Source: an uncultured Nitrosopumilales archaeon
Lineage (GTDB): Archaea; Thermoproteota; Nitrososphaeria; Nitrososphaerales; UBA213
DNA length: 64,000 nucleotides
Direction: 5' to 3'
Assembly: GCA_964373125.1 (NCBI GenBank)
Contig: CAYJSN010000001.1
Coordinates: forward strand, 34,130 to 98,129
Part shown: positions 18,114 through 27,698 of the stretch, piece by piece
Position numbering within the stretch: position 1 is the first letter of the stretch
Layout: each line of letters starts with the position of its first letter
Made by a program: the position numbers and the translations under genes
Notes under the pieces: model-generated
The model's database searches: none
The model's input: only the letters and a program-made list of their open reading frames with translations
Told to the model about the DNA's origin: nothing

Positions 18114-19688
18114 CTAGGCGGGCACGGTCACTGACTTTCTCGTGTACCTGCTCACGATATCGTCGGGCATCTGCCCGAAGAGTTCCTTGGAGAGGCCGCG
18201 CAGGTACCGCATTATCGCCCATGTACCGGCCTTGATCAGCATCGTCATGAATACCTTCATCAGCGGCCCGTAGGTCTTGTTGCGCACGATTATCGGGATG
18301 ATGTCGTTGATCACCTGCAGGTTGTGCTCCCAGCACCTCCAGAAGAGCGTGAACTGGGCCTCGTTCAGGTTGCCGAAGTGCATCGAGTTCTTCTCGCTGT
18401 AGTCCTGGTAGAGCAGCGGTGCTATCAGTCCCTTCATCCTCCAGGACATCAGGTCCTCCACCAGCTCGATTGTATATTGCGTATCGTCGGGCATCTCGTC
18501 GGGCCAGCCCACTATCAGCGTGAGCGCAGGGAACCAGTGGTTCTTGTTGAGTATCATGCAGCCCTCCCTCACCACGCGGCCCCACTCCTCCGGCTGGAAC
18601 GGCTTGGTCTTCACGCCGAGGTGCTTCTTCACCAGCTTGGGCGAGACGGTCTCCACGCCAAGGTTGGTTGCGAGCCACCTGTAGGGGCCCATCCCGTTTA
18701 TCTCCGAGAGCTTCTCGATCAGGTCCGGCGCCGCGCAGACGGCAGAGAGCGTCATGTGGGTCGTGCCCACAAACCTCGCGCCAGTCGATTTGAGGCCCTT
18801 CCAGAGCTCGGTTATCGCGTCCTTGTTCGGTGCAAAGTCCTTGTTCCTGCAGCCATATAGGAGCATCTCGTCGGACTGGAGCCAGATCGAGTCGAAGCCG
18901 TAGTCAAGGTTGAGCTTGGCCTCCCTCTGGAGCCGCTCGAGCGGGAAGTCCTTCTTCGACCTCTTGTTGACATCGCAAAAGTCGCAGCCCCTGCCGCAGC
19001 CGCGCATAGCCTCGATGAGCGAGTTGACCGTCGGGCCTTGGATCTCGGGTATGTTGTCGATCGTCCTCACAAAGGTATGAAGCAGTTCCGGGAGGTCTCC
19101 CTTCTCTGCGTCCTTGAAGATGTCGAGCGCCAGCTCGTCGGCCTCCCCGACAACGACCGTGTCGATGCCGTGGATCCGCATCCTGTCGGGCTTGGCGAGC
19201 TCCCAGGCACCGTTGCCGCCGACAAGAACTTTGAAGTTGTACTGCTTCTTCAGCTGGATGATCTTGGCGCACATGCGCTTGAACTTCATCGCAACGTACG
19301 ATAATTTCTCGGGCGACATCGTGGTCGTCACCGGCGCCATTCCCAGCGGGTCCATCACATTGACGCCGACTACCTTTGTGTCGGAGCCCACTGATCTATC
19401 GAGCATGTCGGGGTGGGCGACGAAGACCTCCTCGCGCTTGTACTCCTTCAGGAGGGCGCTCTCCACACGCCGCAGCCCGCACTGGGCGACCTTCGCCTCG
19501 CCGGTAACCGGATCGGTCTCTACGCTCGGACAGAAGACCGTGTCGAAGACCCACTCGGGGATGAGTTCGTATGGTCCGCAGGCTATGAAGCCGTAGAGGA
19601 AGTTGCCCCGGTAGTTTGTCATTAGACTACGGTCTGCAGTGAGAACTATCCGCTTCCCAGCCATATGCCTATTATGCTTCCGCTGCAT
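18114..19688 (-). CDS. Radical SAM protein with N-terminal B12-binding-like domain
   Basis: CGRGCDFC (CxxxCxxC) cluster motif. Rossmann-like N-terminal domain (KVLVGGNGAWELA..VVVGEADE). Confidence 0.8.
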   Translation of the reverse strand: MQRKHNRHMAGKRIVLTADRSLMTNYRGNFLYGFIACGPYELIPEWVFDTVFCPSVETDPVTGEAKVAQCGLRRVESALLKEYKREEVFVAHPDMLDRSVGSDTKVVGVNVMDPLGMAPVTTTMSPEKLSYVAMKFKRMCAKIIQLKKQYNFKVLVGGNGAWELAKPDRMRIHGIDTVVVGEADELALDIFKDAEKGDLPELLHTFVRTIDNIPEIQGPTVNSLIEAMRGCGRGCDFCDVNKRSKKDFPLERLQREAKLNLDYGFDSIWLQSDEMLLYGCRNKDFAPNKDAITELWKGLKSTGARFVGTTHMTLSAVCAAPDLIEKLSEINGMGPYRWLATNLGVETVSPKLVKKHLGVKTKPFQPEEWGRVVREGCMILNKNHWFPALTLIVGWPDEMPDDTQYTIELVEDLMSWRMKGLIAPLLYQDYSEKNSMHFGNLNEAQFTLFWRCWEHNLQVINDIIPIIVRNKTYGPLMKVFMTMLIKAGTWAIMRYLRGLSKELFGQMPDDIVSRYTRKSVTVPA

Positions 19689-19847
19689 GCTATAAATCTC
19701 TTTTTGTGGGTGTGATAATTGTAAAGATATTATACAATCATGTAAAGCCGGGTTCGGGAGATTGTTTTACGCACCCGCAGCAGGCAAAACCGGTTAGGGC
19801 GACCTAAGATTTGCTATATTTATATTAAATACAGATGAACTTTCCCC

Positions 19848-20594
19848 GTGCAATCAGGCGATATCGAGCCCAGGCATGTCGAGCCGCACATAAAAGAGGT
19901 CAGCTTCATACGTGACCTGGTCTTCGGCTTCGGGGACGGGGTGAACACATCGCTGGGCATAGTGGCGGGCGTTGGAGGCGCCGAGGTCTCCACCGGCATA
20001 GTGATACTTGCAGCGCTCGTGGGTATGTTTACCGGAGCCAAGGCGATGGCTGTCCAGAACTATCTTGCGGTCAAGTCGCACCGGCAGATCCTAGAGAGTG
20101 AGATAAAGAGGGAGATCTACGAGATCAAGCACATGCCAGAGAAGGAACGGGAGGAGATCGAGGAGATCTACAAGGCAAAAGGTTTCGAGGGCAAGGACCT
20201 GGAGATGATCGTGAACAAGATAACGTCGGACAAGGATGTATGGCTGAAGACGATGCTCACCGAGGAGCTGGGGCTGAACCTGCAGATAGCTGGCAGACCG
20301 CTGAAGAGCGCGTTCGTGATGTTTGGCTCCTTCCTGCTGGGCGGGATACTGCCGATAATACCGTTCTTCTTCATAGGCGGGCTCATCGCACTGATGATAG
20401 CCATAGGCGTCAGCCTGTCATCGTCCTTCATAGTCGGGGCCATCAAATCAAGAATGGCAAAGAAGAGCTGGGTGAAGGGCGGTCTTGAGATGGCCGGTCT
20501 GGGCACGGGCATAGCGCTGCTCGGGTACGGTATAGGCGCCGAGCTGGCAGAACTCGGGATCATCGGCGGCGAGGTTCTCCAGCCCGCTGGTTAG
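19848..20594 (+). CDS. VIT1/CCC1-family Fe/Mn transporter
   Basis: FIRDLVFGFGDGVNTSLGIVAGV N-terminal helix, central cytoplasmic acidic helices, and 3 C-terminal TM helices. Confidence 0.8.
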   Translation: MQSGDIEPRHVEPHIKEVSFIRDLVFGFGDGVNTSLGIVAGVGGAEVSTGIVILAALVGMFTGAKAMAVQNYLAVKSHRQILESEIKREIYEIKHMPEKEREEIEEIYKAKGFEGKDLEMIVNKITSDKDVWLKTMLTEELGLNLQIAGRPLKSAFVMFGSFLLGGILPIIPFFFIGGLIALMIAIGVSLSSSFIVGAIKSRMAKKSWVKGGLEMAGLGTGIALLGYGIGAELAELGIIGGEVLQPAG

Positions 20595-20604
20595 GTGGTG
20601 CAGC

Positions 20605-21482
20605 GTGGGGAAGGTAGAGAGATTCGCAGGACAGAACGTTGATCTCGAACGGCTGGCGACCAGGATAGAGACCTACCTGCAGGAAAACGGCTTCGAGGTC
20701 GCGTATTCGAAGGATCCTGCGGAGCCGGCATCATGGTTCTTCGTCCAAGCAAGGAAGGCCGGGCGCTGAGGACGGTGGCGGGCGTCCGGCGCAGCACCGA
20801 CATCGCGATAAGGGGCGAGCCGGGCAACTTCGAAGTCTCCGTCGGGACCGGGGAGTGGGGCAAGAACATGGTGATGTCGCTGCCGCTCTTCATCGTACCC
20901 GCGATTGGAATCGTTGCGACCGTTGCGAAGTTCTACGCCGGGAGAAAGTTCGAGTCAAACCTCTGGAACTATGTCAGGGACCAGATAAGGTTCTTGGGCA
21001 ACAGCTCCGTTGAAAGAACCGCTGCGCGCTCGGACACCAGGGTGTATGCGTGTGATTATGTCGAGGGGTACCCGGGCTGGAAGTCCCAAGTCGAGGGCGG
21101 GCAGCTCCTGCTCGAGAGGACGAGGGACGGCAAGAACAGGATAATCTTCAGGGCCGGCCCGAGGGAGATAACGATCCCGGCCGAGAACGTATCGAGCGCC
21201 CAGATAATATCGAGGAAGAAGAGACTGCACGAGGACGACCTGATGATACAGATCGCCTGCAAGGACCCGCAGGGGAAGACGATAAAACCGGTCTTCAACC
21301 TAAATGATGATATCATAAGGGGAGTATTTGCCGGCATCACCGAGATAGTAGGCGAGGACAAGGCGCTCAGGGAACTGGAGCACGCCAGCGTGGTGACAGA
21401 GGTAAAGTTCTGTACTGAATGTGGCGCGCAGAACCCCAGGAGCGCAAAGTTCTGCACGGCGTGCGGCGCGCGCCAGCCGTGA
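20605..21482 (+). pseudogene. Zinc-ribbon-tailed membrane protein interrupted by a single-base frameshift near 20763
   Basis: A 54-codon ORF (GTG 20605 to TGA 20769) continues in sense into the listed ORF 20733..21482 if one G is added to the GGG run. C-terminal FCTECG..FCTACG zinc ribbon. Confidence 0.55.
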
Positions 21483-21496
21483 TCTAATAATGGTAG

Positions 21497-21593
21497 CGGG
21501 CCCGGTAGGATTTGAACCCACGACCTGCTGGTCCGAAGCCAGCCGCCCTATCCTAACCAGCCTGACCAAGTCAGGTGTCTAGGCTACGGGCCC
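21497..21593 (-). tRNA. tRNA-Arg(UCG) with a ~22-nt insertion in the D-loop
   Basis: Acceptor GGGCCCG/CGGGCCC, D stem GCCT/GGGC, anticodon arm GCTGG-CTTCGGA-CCAGC (anticodon at 21534-21536), T arm GTGGG-TTCAAAT-CCTAC. Total 97 nt, with an extra hairpin CCTGAC-TTG-GTCAGG. Confidence 0.8.
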
Positions 21594-21634
21594 AACGATT
21601 AGAATTTAAGCCTCCAATATTTGAGTAGTGATGA

Positions 21635-22813
21635 TTGAAAATCTCAGAACGGGTAGGCCATGTAGAGTACGCCATACGGGACGTCATACTTTACGCCCGG
21701 GAGCTGGAGAAGAAGGGCAGGGATATAATCTACCTGAACATAGGCGACCCGGTTCTCTATGATTTCAAGACCCCCGGGCACATCAAGGAGGCGCTCGCCA
21801 GGGCCGTACGGAACGACCAGAACAACTACGCATCCTCCGAGGGCGTCAAAGAACTGAGGGAGGCCATCGCGGAGAAGGAGGGAGAGAAGGGGCTGCCGTG
21901 CGGCCCCGAGGATGTAATAGTAACCAACGGCGTCTCCGAAGGCGTCGACATGGTCATGGCCTCCATCCTGGACCCGGGAGATGAAATCTTGGTGCCGGGC
22001 CCCTGCTACCCGCCCTACTCGTCCTATGCGCGGCTCTACGGCGGCGTGCCGGTGGAGTACGGCAGTGTCGAGGAGGAGGGATGGGCGCCCGACCTCGATG
22101 ACCTGAGGAAGAAGACCACAAAGAAGGCGGTCGCTATAACCGTGATCAGCCCCAACAACCCGACTGGGGCCGTGTACAGCGGCAAGGCCCTGAAGGAGAT
22201 CGCCCAGATCGCCGCGGAGCACAAGCTCTACCTGATCTGCGACGAGATCTACGACAGGATCGTCTTCGAGGAGTTCGAGAGCATGGCCAGGCACGCTGAT
22301 GACGTGCCGCTGGTGATGCTGAACGGCTTCTCCAAGGTCTACCTGATGACCGGCTGGAGGTTGGGATACATAGCCAGGAACGGCAGATCAAAGTTGCTTG
22401 ACGAATTATGGGAGAACATGCCCAAGATGGCAAGGTTGAGGATAGCGTCGAACACCCCGGCCCAGGTGGCCGCGGTCGAGGCCCTCAGGGGGCCGCAGGA
22501 TCACGTCAGAGAGATGGTCTCCAAGCTCAGGGAGCGCCGGGACTATGTGATGAAGCGCCTGGACGGCATGGACGGCATCTCCTGCGTCAGGCCGAAGGGC
22601 GCGTTCTACGTCTTCCCCAAGATTGACATGAAGGACAGGTGGAAGAGCGATGCCGAGTTTGTCATCGACCTGCTGAAGAGCACGGGCGTCATCACAGTCC
22701 ACGGGTCGGGCTTCGGCAAAAAGTACGGCGCAGGGCACTTCAGGATCGTCTACCTGCCCCCGGTCGAAGTGCTGGAGGAGGCCATGAACAGGCTCGAGAA
22801 GTTCATCAAGTAA
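21635..22813 (+). CDS. Class I/II PLP-dependent aminotransferase (aspartate/alanine type)
   Basis: NPTGAVY and the SKVYLMTGWRLGY PLP-lysine block. Confidence 0.9.
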   Translation: MKISERVGHVEYAIRDVILYARELEKKGRDIIYLNIGDPVLYDFKTPGHIKEALARAVRNDQNNYASSEGVKELREAIAEKEGEKGLPCGPEDVIVTNGVSEGVDMVMASILDPGDEILVPGPCYPPYSSYARLYGGVPVEYGSVEEEGWAPDLDDLRKKTTKKAVAITVISPNNPTGAVYSGKALKEIAQIAAEHKLYLICDEIYDRIVFEEFESMARHADDVPLVMLNGFSKVYLMTGWRLGYIARNGRSKLLDELWENMPKMARLRIASNTPAQVAAVEALRGPQDHVREMVSKLRERRDYVMKRLDGMDGISCVRPKGAFYVFPKIDMKDRWKSDAEFVIDLLKSTGVITVHGSGFGKKYGAGHFRIVYLPPVEVLEEAMNRLEKFIK

Positions 22814-22889
22814 ACCGTGCAAATCAAAAACATCCCGTTTACACAGGCACGCAAGATTTTAATCTCCGAAAAATGATTTCCCAGTAGTT

Positions 22890-23792
22890 ATGCAGAGATA
22901 CCAGTTCAAGCGAGATAGTGGCCTTACTGCGCGTATGGCGATCAGCTTCGTAGTGCTCGGGCTCCTCTACCTGGCCTTCCTGACGATCTTGGCCACATAC
23001 TTCAGCCTAGGCATGATACCGCTTATGGTCATTGCGGGGCTGATGATAATGGCGCAGTGGTACTTCTCCGACAGGATCGTGCTCTGGAGCAGCGGCGCGC
23101 GAACGGTGAGCAGGGCAGAGTACCCCGAGCTCTACTCGATGGTGGAGAACCTAGCGGCGAGGATGAACCTGCCCATGCCAAAGATCGCGGTGATGAAGAC
23201 GGAGATGCCCAACGCCTTTGCGACGGGCAAGGGCCCCAAGAGCTCGGTCGTGGCCGTCACCACCGGCCTGATGCGCATGCTTGAGAGGGACGAGCTCGAG
23301 GGTGTGATTGCCCACGAGCTGACCCACATCAGGAACCGAGATGTCACGGTGATCACGCTGGCAAGCCTCTTCTCCACTATAGCCTGGTTTGTCATGTACT
23401 CGACAATGTGGCGCGGCTACGGCTATGGCTACGGCAACAGACAGGGGGCTGGCGGCATGTGGATGCTCTTCATCGTGGCGGCAATAGTCTGGTTCCTCAG
23501 CTTCCTGATAATCAGGGCTATCTCCCGCTACCGGGAGTTTACAGCAGACAAGGGAGCCGCCTACGCGACCGGCAGGCCGCTCAAGCTCTCGAGCGCACTG
23601 ATGAAGATAAGCGGGAGGATAAAGATGATGCCGAGGAACGAGGTGAAGAAGGTCGAGGGCATGAATGCGTTCTTCATAATCCCTGCCATAGGCGAGTCCC
23701 TGGCAAACATCTTCGCAACGCACCCGCCCCTCGAGGCGAGGGTGAAGCAGCTGATGCGGATCGAGGCCGAGCTCGGGGGCTCCAGGACCTAG
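22890..23792 (+). CDS. htpX: M48 zinc metalloprotease HtpX
   Basis: HELTHIRNRD (HExxH), 4 TM segments, C-terminal ATHPP. Confidence 0.9.
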   Translation: MQRYQFKRDSGLTARMAISFVVLGLLYLAFLTILATYFSLGMIPLMVIAGLMIMAQWYFSDRIVLWSSGARTVSRAEYPELYSMVENLAARMNLPMPKIAVMKTEMPNAFATGKGPKSSVVAVTTGLMRMLERDELEGVIAHELTHIRNRDVTVITLASLFSTIAWFVMYSTMWRGYGYGYGNRQGAGGMWMLFIVAAIVWFLSFLIIRAISRYREFTADKGAAYATGRPLKLSSALMKISGRIKMMPRNEVKKVEGMNAFFIIPAIGESLANIFATHPPLEARVKQLMRIEAELGGSRT

Positions 23793-23798
23793 ACAAGG

Positions 23799-24032
23799 CT
23801 ACCTGTGAAACTCCTCCTGCTTCCGCATGCCGAAGGCGAACAGCAAGCCCGAGATCACGAGCATTGCAAGCACGATCTTCTCGTTCGTGAGGTGCCCGTT
23901 GATGAAGAAATCGGCGACGAACTCGGGCCCCCAGAGCGCAAGGTCGCGCAGGACCACGATCGCGCCCACGACCGCGAAGAGGACGGCCATAGCGGTCATC
24001 CAGTTCCTGCCTGCCCGGCCCCTGTGCCACAT
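23799..24032 (-). CDS. Small two-TM membrane protein
   Basis: 77-aa ORF with two hydrophobic helices, filling a gap between convergent genes. Confidence 0.4.
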   Translation of the reverse strand: MWHRGRAGRNWMTAMAVLFAVVGAIVVLRDLALWGPEFVADFFINGHLTNEKIVLAMLVISGLLFAFGMRKQEEFHR

Positions 24033-24058
24033 ACGGGGGTAATATGCCGGAATTATTC

Positions 24059-24736
24059 TTAAACTATTTTCACGCCGGGGTGCTTGATCTTGTTCTGCTT
24101 TGCGGCGTTGAGGAGCATCGGCGTCATCATCTCGGCCATGTAGGATAACGACAAGGGACCCAGGTAGATTGGCCTGAGGCCGGTTATCTCAGCCGCCAGA
24201 TCGCTGACTATCTTCACTTTCGACGGGTCGTCGCCGCAGAGGAAGGCGTCGCAGTCGAGGCTCTCGCCCACCTGCTTCAGCTTGACCTCGGATATCGTGT
24301 GGAGCGCTGATACTATCCTAGACCTCGGGGGCATCTTGCTGGCGACCTTCTCTGCCGCTGAGGTCGCGTCGCCGCCGCTCAGGGGTATGTACTCGAAGCC
24401 GGCGCTGCCCTTTCGCATCGGCACTACCGGGCTCACCACCACGCACTCCGGCCCCACCGCGCCGGCCAGTTTTGTGCACGTATCGTCGGTGTGCTCGTAG
24501 GGTATCGACAGCACCAGAACGTCGCACTCCTTTGCCGCGCCGAGGTTGTCCTTGCCGGCTATGCTCCCCCGCATGCGGGAGCCATACGTATCCCTGACCG
24601 TCTTGGAATATGAGATTGCAGCATCGACCGCCCTCTGCGCGTCCCTGGAGCCGACTATGACATCATGATTAAGGCACCACCGCAGCGCAAGACCCTCGCC
24701 CATCCCGCCGGTGCCGCCTATGATCCCGATCCTCAT
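24059..24736 (-). CDS. npdG: NADPH-dependent F420 reductase-like oxidoreductase
   Basis: MRIGIIGGTGGMGEGLALRW dinucleotide-binding start; size and layout match the NpdG family. Confidence 0.75.
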   Translation of the reverse strand: MRIGIIGGTGGMGEGLALRWCLNHDVIVGSRDAQRAVDAAISYSKTVRDTYGSRMRGSIAGKDNLGAAKECDVLVLSIPYEHTDDTCTKLAGAVGPECVVVSPVVPMRKGSAGFEYIPLSGGDATSAAEKVASKMPPRSRIVSALHTISEVKLKQVGESLDCDAFLCGDDPSKVKIVSDLAAEITGLRPIYLGPLSLSYMAEMMTPMLLNAAKQNKIKHPGVKIV

Positions 24737-24788
24737 GCCAGCGTTGCGCTCTACAATTTATATTAACTTTTGGAGCATCTTACGTGCC

Positions 24789-25412
24789 ATGACGCTGGTA
24801 ATGCTGATGCGGCACGGCGAGGCCGTAAACAACGTCCAGCACATACTCGCCGGCAGGAAGCTTGTCTTCCACCTGACTGATAACGGAAGAAGACAGGCTG
24901 CCAGCACGGCCGGGGGTCTGACGGCTATACCGATTGATGCGATCTACGCCAGTCCGATAGCCCGCACGGTGGAGACAGCGCAGATCGTCTCCGAGAGGAT
25001 CGGCGTCGATTACTCGACCGACGAGCGGCTGACGGAGACGGACATGGGCGGCCTGACGGGCATGACCTATAGCGAGGTAGTAGCGAAGTACGGCAACCTC
25101 TTCCGGAAGTTCTACGAAGGCGGCGACGGGGTACTCGACTCTATGCGCGTTGAGAGGTTCGCCGAGATACGCTCGAGAATCCAGGACATGCTCGAACACG
25201 TAGCCACGAAGCACCCCGAGGATAATGTCCTGCTTGTGACGCACTTGGACCCGGTGAAGGCGGCGCTCATACAGACGATCGACCTGGGGCCGGAGGCGCT
25301 CTACAGGATGAGCATAAAGAATGCGTCGCTCGCGGTGCTGAAGCACAGCAGCATAAGTTATAATCTGCTGGCATTCAATGTGATGGATATGAGCAGGTAT
25401 CCTTTGGAGTGA
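24789..25412 (+). CDS. Histidine phosphatase (phosphoglycerate mutase-like) family protein
   Basis: LMRHGEA catalytic RHG motif and a late TH motif (LLVTHLDP). Start taken at MTLVML. Confidence 0.8.
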   Translation: MTLVMLMRHGEAVNNVQHILAGRKLVFHLTDNGRRQAASTAGGLTAIPIDAIYASPIARTVETAQIVSERIGVDYSTDERLTETDMGGLTGMTYSEVVAKYGNLFRKFYEGGDGVLDSMRVERFAEIRSRIQDMLEHVATKHPEDNVLLVTHLDPVKAALIQTIDLGPEALYRMSIKNASLAVLKHSSISYNLLAFNVMDMSRYPLE

Positions 25413-25493
25413 TAAGTTCTGCGAACATTTGATCCGTTCATAATTCCTGCGCGCTTCAGAAAATCTTTAAATAGTCTTTGGAATCCATCATGC

Positions 25494-25754
25494 ATGGGTG
25501 CTGTCTTGAGCTCGTTAAGGCTTTGGGGCTTGGTACTGGGACCCTTGATTATGGCGTCGCTGATCCCGATTATCGCTCCAGCCTTTGCACAGGAGGCCGG
25601 CGACTTTGTCAACCGCAGAGTCGAGATCTGGGGACTCTTCTACAAGTTCATGGTCGCCGCGTTCGTAGTCGGGGCAGCTGTGCAGGGCACTATGGTTTAC
25701 ATCGCCTACAAGTTCAGGGAAGGCAAGGTAAAGGCGCGGGAGGTAACTAGGTAA
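25494..25754 (+). CDS. Small membrane protein resembling the N-terminal TM1 segment of oxidase subunit II
   Basis: Signal/TM plus a TM ending YKFREGK. Its TAA abuts the ATG of the next gene in the same frame. Confidence 0.5.
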   Translation: MGAVLSSLRLWGLVLGPLIMASLIPIIAPAFAQEAGDFVNRRVEIWGLFYKFMVAAFVVGAAVQGTMVYIAYKFREGKVKAREVTR

Positions 25755-26171
25755 ATGAGCCACACAATGATCGAGTGGGTGTACATTGGAGCCGTGGTCT
25801 CGATACTCGTATGGATAGGCGCGGACTCGTGGATCGTAGAGAAAAATATCGACGAGATACCCGAGGATGCGGAGACGATCAAGGTGATAGCCCAGCAGTG
25901 GTTCTGGACCTTCGAGCATGCGGACGGCACCAAGGAGGTAGGCGAGCTCCACCTCAAGGCAGGCAAGGCCTACAGGTTCGAGGTGACCTCCAAGGACGTC
26001 ATCCACGCGTTCAACGTGCCGTTCTACACGGCGATGATCGATGCCGTGCCTGGCAGGATAAACAAGGTCTGGTTCGTCCCCGATGAGACGGGGGAGTTCC
26101 TCATACAGTGCAGGGAGTACTGCGGGCTTCTGCACTACCAGATGCGCGCCAAGCTGATAGTGGAGGCGTAA
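25755..26171 (+). CDS. coxB: Heme-copper oxidase subunit II (CuA cupredoxin domain, one TM)
   Basis: WFWTFE, HAFNVP and the CuA motif CREYCGLLHYQM (CxExCxxxHxxM). Confidence 0.85.
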   Translation: MSHTMIEWVYIGAVVSILVWIGADSWIVEKNIDEIPEDAETIKVIAQQWFWTFEHADGTKEVGELHLKAGKAYRFEVTSKDVIHAFNVPFYTAMIDAVPGRINKVWFVPDETGEFLIQCREYCGLLHYQMRAKLIVEA

Positions 26172-26174
26172 AAT

Positions 26175-27698
26175 ATGGTACTAGAGATTAGAAAGCCGAG
26201 GCCGATCTGGGAGATACTCTTCTCAACGCACCACACCGATGTAGCCCTGCTCTACACGGTCTCATCCATCGTATTCCTCTTCATGGGCGGCGCCCTGGCG
26301 ATGGGCATAAGGATCGAGCTGCTCTTCCCAGGCACAGACCTTATCAGTGATCCCGCGATCTTTAACAGAATATTTACAGTGCATGGAACAAACCTGCTCT
26401 TCCTCTGGCTGCTGCCCTTAGCAGTAGGAGCGGGCAACTACCTGGTTCCGATACTGATCAAGTACAAAGACATGGCCTACCCCAGGCTGAACGCCGTTGC
26501 TTACTGGATGATCCCGCCCGGCGCAGCACTGATCTGGCTGGGATTTGCCGACACCGGCTGGACCGCGTATCCGCCCTACTCGATCATCAGGGCCCCCGGA
26601 CCGGCAGCCGACATGTTCATATTTGGCCTCAAGATCCTGGGCCTCTCCTCCATACTCAGCTCGATCAACTTCGTGGTCACCATACTCAAGTGCAAGCACC
26701 CCGACCTGCCAATAATGAAGATGTCGGTATTCGTGTGGGCGATGCTGATAACATCCATCATGATCCTGGCAGCCATGCCGACATTCGCGGCCGCGCTTAT
26801 AATGCTATATACAGACAGGCTCGGTCTCTCGGGCTTCTTCAACCCGGCGATGGGAGGCGACCCGATCGCATACCAGCACCTCTTCTGGTTCACCTTCCAC
26901 CCCGAGGTGTACATCTTCTTCATACCGGCCATAGGCATGGCCTACGAGCTTATTCCAAAATTCTCCAGGAAGCCCCTGCTCAGCTACTGGTCCGCCGTGG
27001 TGGCGATAATACTGCTCAGCCTCATCGGGTTCGCGTCCTGGGCGCACCACATGTTCTCGACCGGCCTCTCCTTCATAGAGAAGACCGTCTTCATGGTCGG
27101 TACTCTAGCAGCAGTCCCAATGTCGGCGATGCACGTATTCAACTGGCTGGGCACAGCGTGGGGAGGCAGGATCAAGTTTGCAGCGCCTATGAAGTGGACC
27201 TTCGGAGGCATAGCCCTCTTCTTCACGGCCGGCGCCGGCGGTGTCGTCAACACAGCCATGCCGCTGGACTTTCTCACACACGACAGCTACTGGGTGGTGG
27301 GCCACTTCCACCTCTTCGTCATGGGTACTATATCCTTCATCTTCTTCGGCTTCATCTACTACCTATTCCCGTATATCACCGGAAGGATGTACAACGAGAG
27401 GCTCGCGTCGGTGCACTTCTGGCTGATGTTCATCGGCGCGATACTGACATTCGTGACCCAGCACATACTCGGGCTCTTCGGAATGCCTAGGAGGGTCTAT
27501 GACTATATCGCTGATCCCGACCTGATCATAATGAACCAGATAGCCTCGGTGGGCGCGTTCATGATGGGTGCAGCCATGGTTACATTCCTCTACAACATGT
27601 TGCACAGCTCTGCCAAGGGCAAGCCGGCGAATATGGAAGACCCGTTCGAGATAGGTGAGCAATACTACGACTACAGAAGAAAAGAGCCACATCACTAG
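26175..27698 (+). CDS. coxA: Heme-copper oxidase subunit I
   Basis: WFTFHPEVYIFFIP, WAHHMF, HFHLFVMG; 12 or more TM helices. Confidence 0.95.
   Translation: MVLEIRKPRPIWEILFSTHHTDVALLYTVSSIVFLFMGGALAMGIRIELLFPGTDLISDPAIFNRIFTVHGTNLLFLWLLPLAVGAGNYLVPILIKYKDMAYPRLNAVAYWMIPPGAALIWLGFADTGWTAYPPYSIIRAPGPAADMFIFGLKILGLSSILSSINFVVTILKCKHPDLPIMKMSVFVWAMLITSIMILAAMPTFAAALIMLYTDRLGLSGFFNPAMGGDPIAYQHLFWFTFHPEVYIFFIPAIGMAYELIPKFSRKPLLSYWSAVVAIILLSLIGFASWAHHMFSTGLSFIEKTVFMVGTLAAVPMSAMHVFNWLGTAWGGRIKFAAPMKWTFGGIALFFTAGAGGVVNTAMPLDFLTHDSYWVVGHFHLFVMGTISFIFFGFIYYLFPYITGRMYNERLASVHFWLMFIGAILTFVTQHILGLFGMPRRVYDYIADPDLIIMNQIASVGAFMMGAAMVTFLYNMLHSSAKGKPANMEDPFEIGEQYYDYRRKEPHH

Noticed and set aside
21491-21496. 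CTACCA after tRNA-Arg as an encoded CCA end.
   Set aside because: CCA is not contiguous with the discriminator base (three extra nucleotides intervene), so it is likely coincidental.
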